Assembly (NCBI RefSeq): GCF_036251875.1
Contig: NZ_CP133960.1
From: Orbus sturtevantii
GTDB taxonomy: Bacteria; Pseudomonadota; Gammaproteobacteria; Enterobacterales; Orbaceae
DNA: 24,000 nt
Strand: one strand, 5' to 3'
A program made the position numbers and the translations under genes. The notes beneath the pieces are model-generated. The model did not search any database and had not been told where the DNA came from. It saw only the letters and a list, made by a program, of their open reading frames with translations. Below, piece after piece: positions 23,704 through 24,000 of the stretch (the stretch's first letter is position 1; every line of letters begins with the position of its first letter).

Positions 23704-24000
23704 TTAAAACTTGCCATTGCCGGCTAGTTTTTCATAATTAAGACGCGTGTTATTGACAGGATCTAACTCATATTTATAAGGGATAGACCAATTAGTTTTA
23801 TTATCAAAATGACATTTGCTCCAATCCAACGATGCGTGATTAAAAACTGAATTAGTATCTCGAATGTTATTGCTGTTAAACGCTTTGACTATTTTGCAGC
23901 TATCCTTCAAGCCATCGATTAAAAAGAGGTTATTTTCAGAAATGACACTACTTTTAACGCCTAAACCAATCGAGTAAAAGTAAGGGTAAACTATTTTTGA
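23704..24000 (-). CDS. 3' end of a PL1-family pectate lyase (5' part lies beyond the window)
   Basis: The frame is open from 24000 down to the stop at 23704; the TTG start in the ORF track is an artefact. The C-terminus ...VISENNLFLIDG...NWSIPYKYELDPVNNTRLNYEKLAGNGKF matches the conserved PL1 tail (W-x-P-x-Y-x-Y...AGAGK). Confidence 0.65.
   Translation of the reverse strand, partial: SKIVYPYFYSIGLGVKSSVISENNLFLIDGLKDSCKIVKAFNSNNIRDTNSVFNHASLDWSKCHFDNKTNWSIPYKYELDPVNNTRLNYEKLAGNGKF

Noticed and set aside
1-24000. Phage-defence, toxin-antitoxin, secretion-system or mobile-element genes.
   Set aside because: Every ORF over 100 aa has a confident metabolic, housekeeping or regulatory assignment. 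I recognised no nuclease, ATPase, reverse-transcriptase, transposase or integrase signature on either strand.

Overview
This is an AT-rich (about one-third G+C by eye) gammaproteobacterial chromosomal window with no rRNA, CRISPR array, transposase or integrase. The first 8.4 kb is housekeeping DNA with E. coli-like microsynteny: seqA-pgm, slyB, gloA, moaCDE-ybhL, ygiM-cca, and a reduced metT-type tRNA operon (Met-Leu-Gln-Gln) behind a textbook stringent promoter. Everything after the tRNAs looks accessory and lies mostly on the minus strand. (1) 8503-15865 is a tightly packed eight-gene yhf/php-type operon (yhfU-yhfT-php-yhfS-yhfZ-yhfY-yhfX-yhfW). To my knowledge no substrate has been assigned to this enzyme, transporter and regulator set in any organism, so it is my best candidate for an undescribed system. 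(2) 16297-24000 is a KdgR/CRP-type pectin and oligogalacturonide locus: kdgR, kdgF, an IdnO/DhuD-like reductase, ogl, a divergent RpiB-like DhuI-type isomerase, a PelX-like PL9 lyase, a stand-alone CBM32 protein, and the 3' end of a PL1 pectate lyase running off the window. The low G+C, Enterobacterales-like synteny and pectin lyases would fit an Orbaceae bee-gut symbiont such as Gilliamella. That taxonomic guess is inference only. All homology statements come from reading the translated ORFs against remembered family sequences and motifs; no searches were run.
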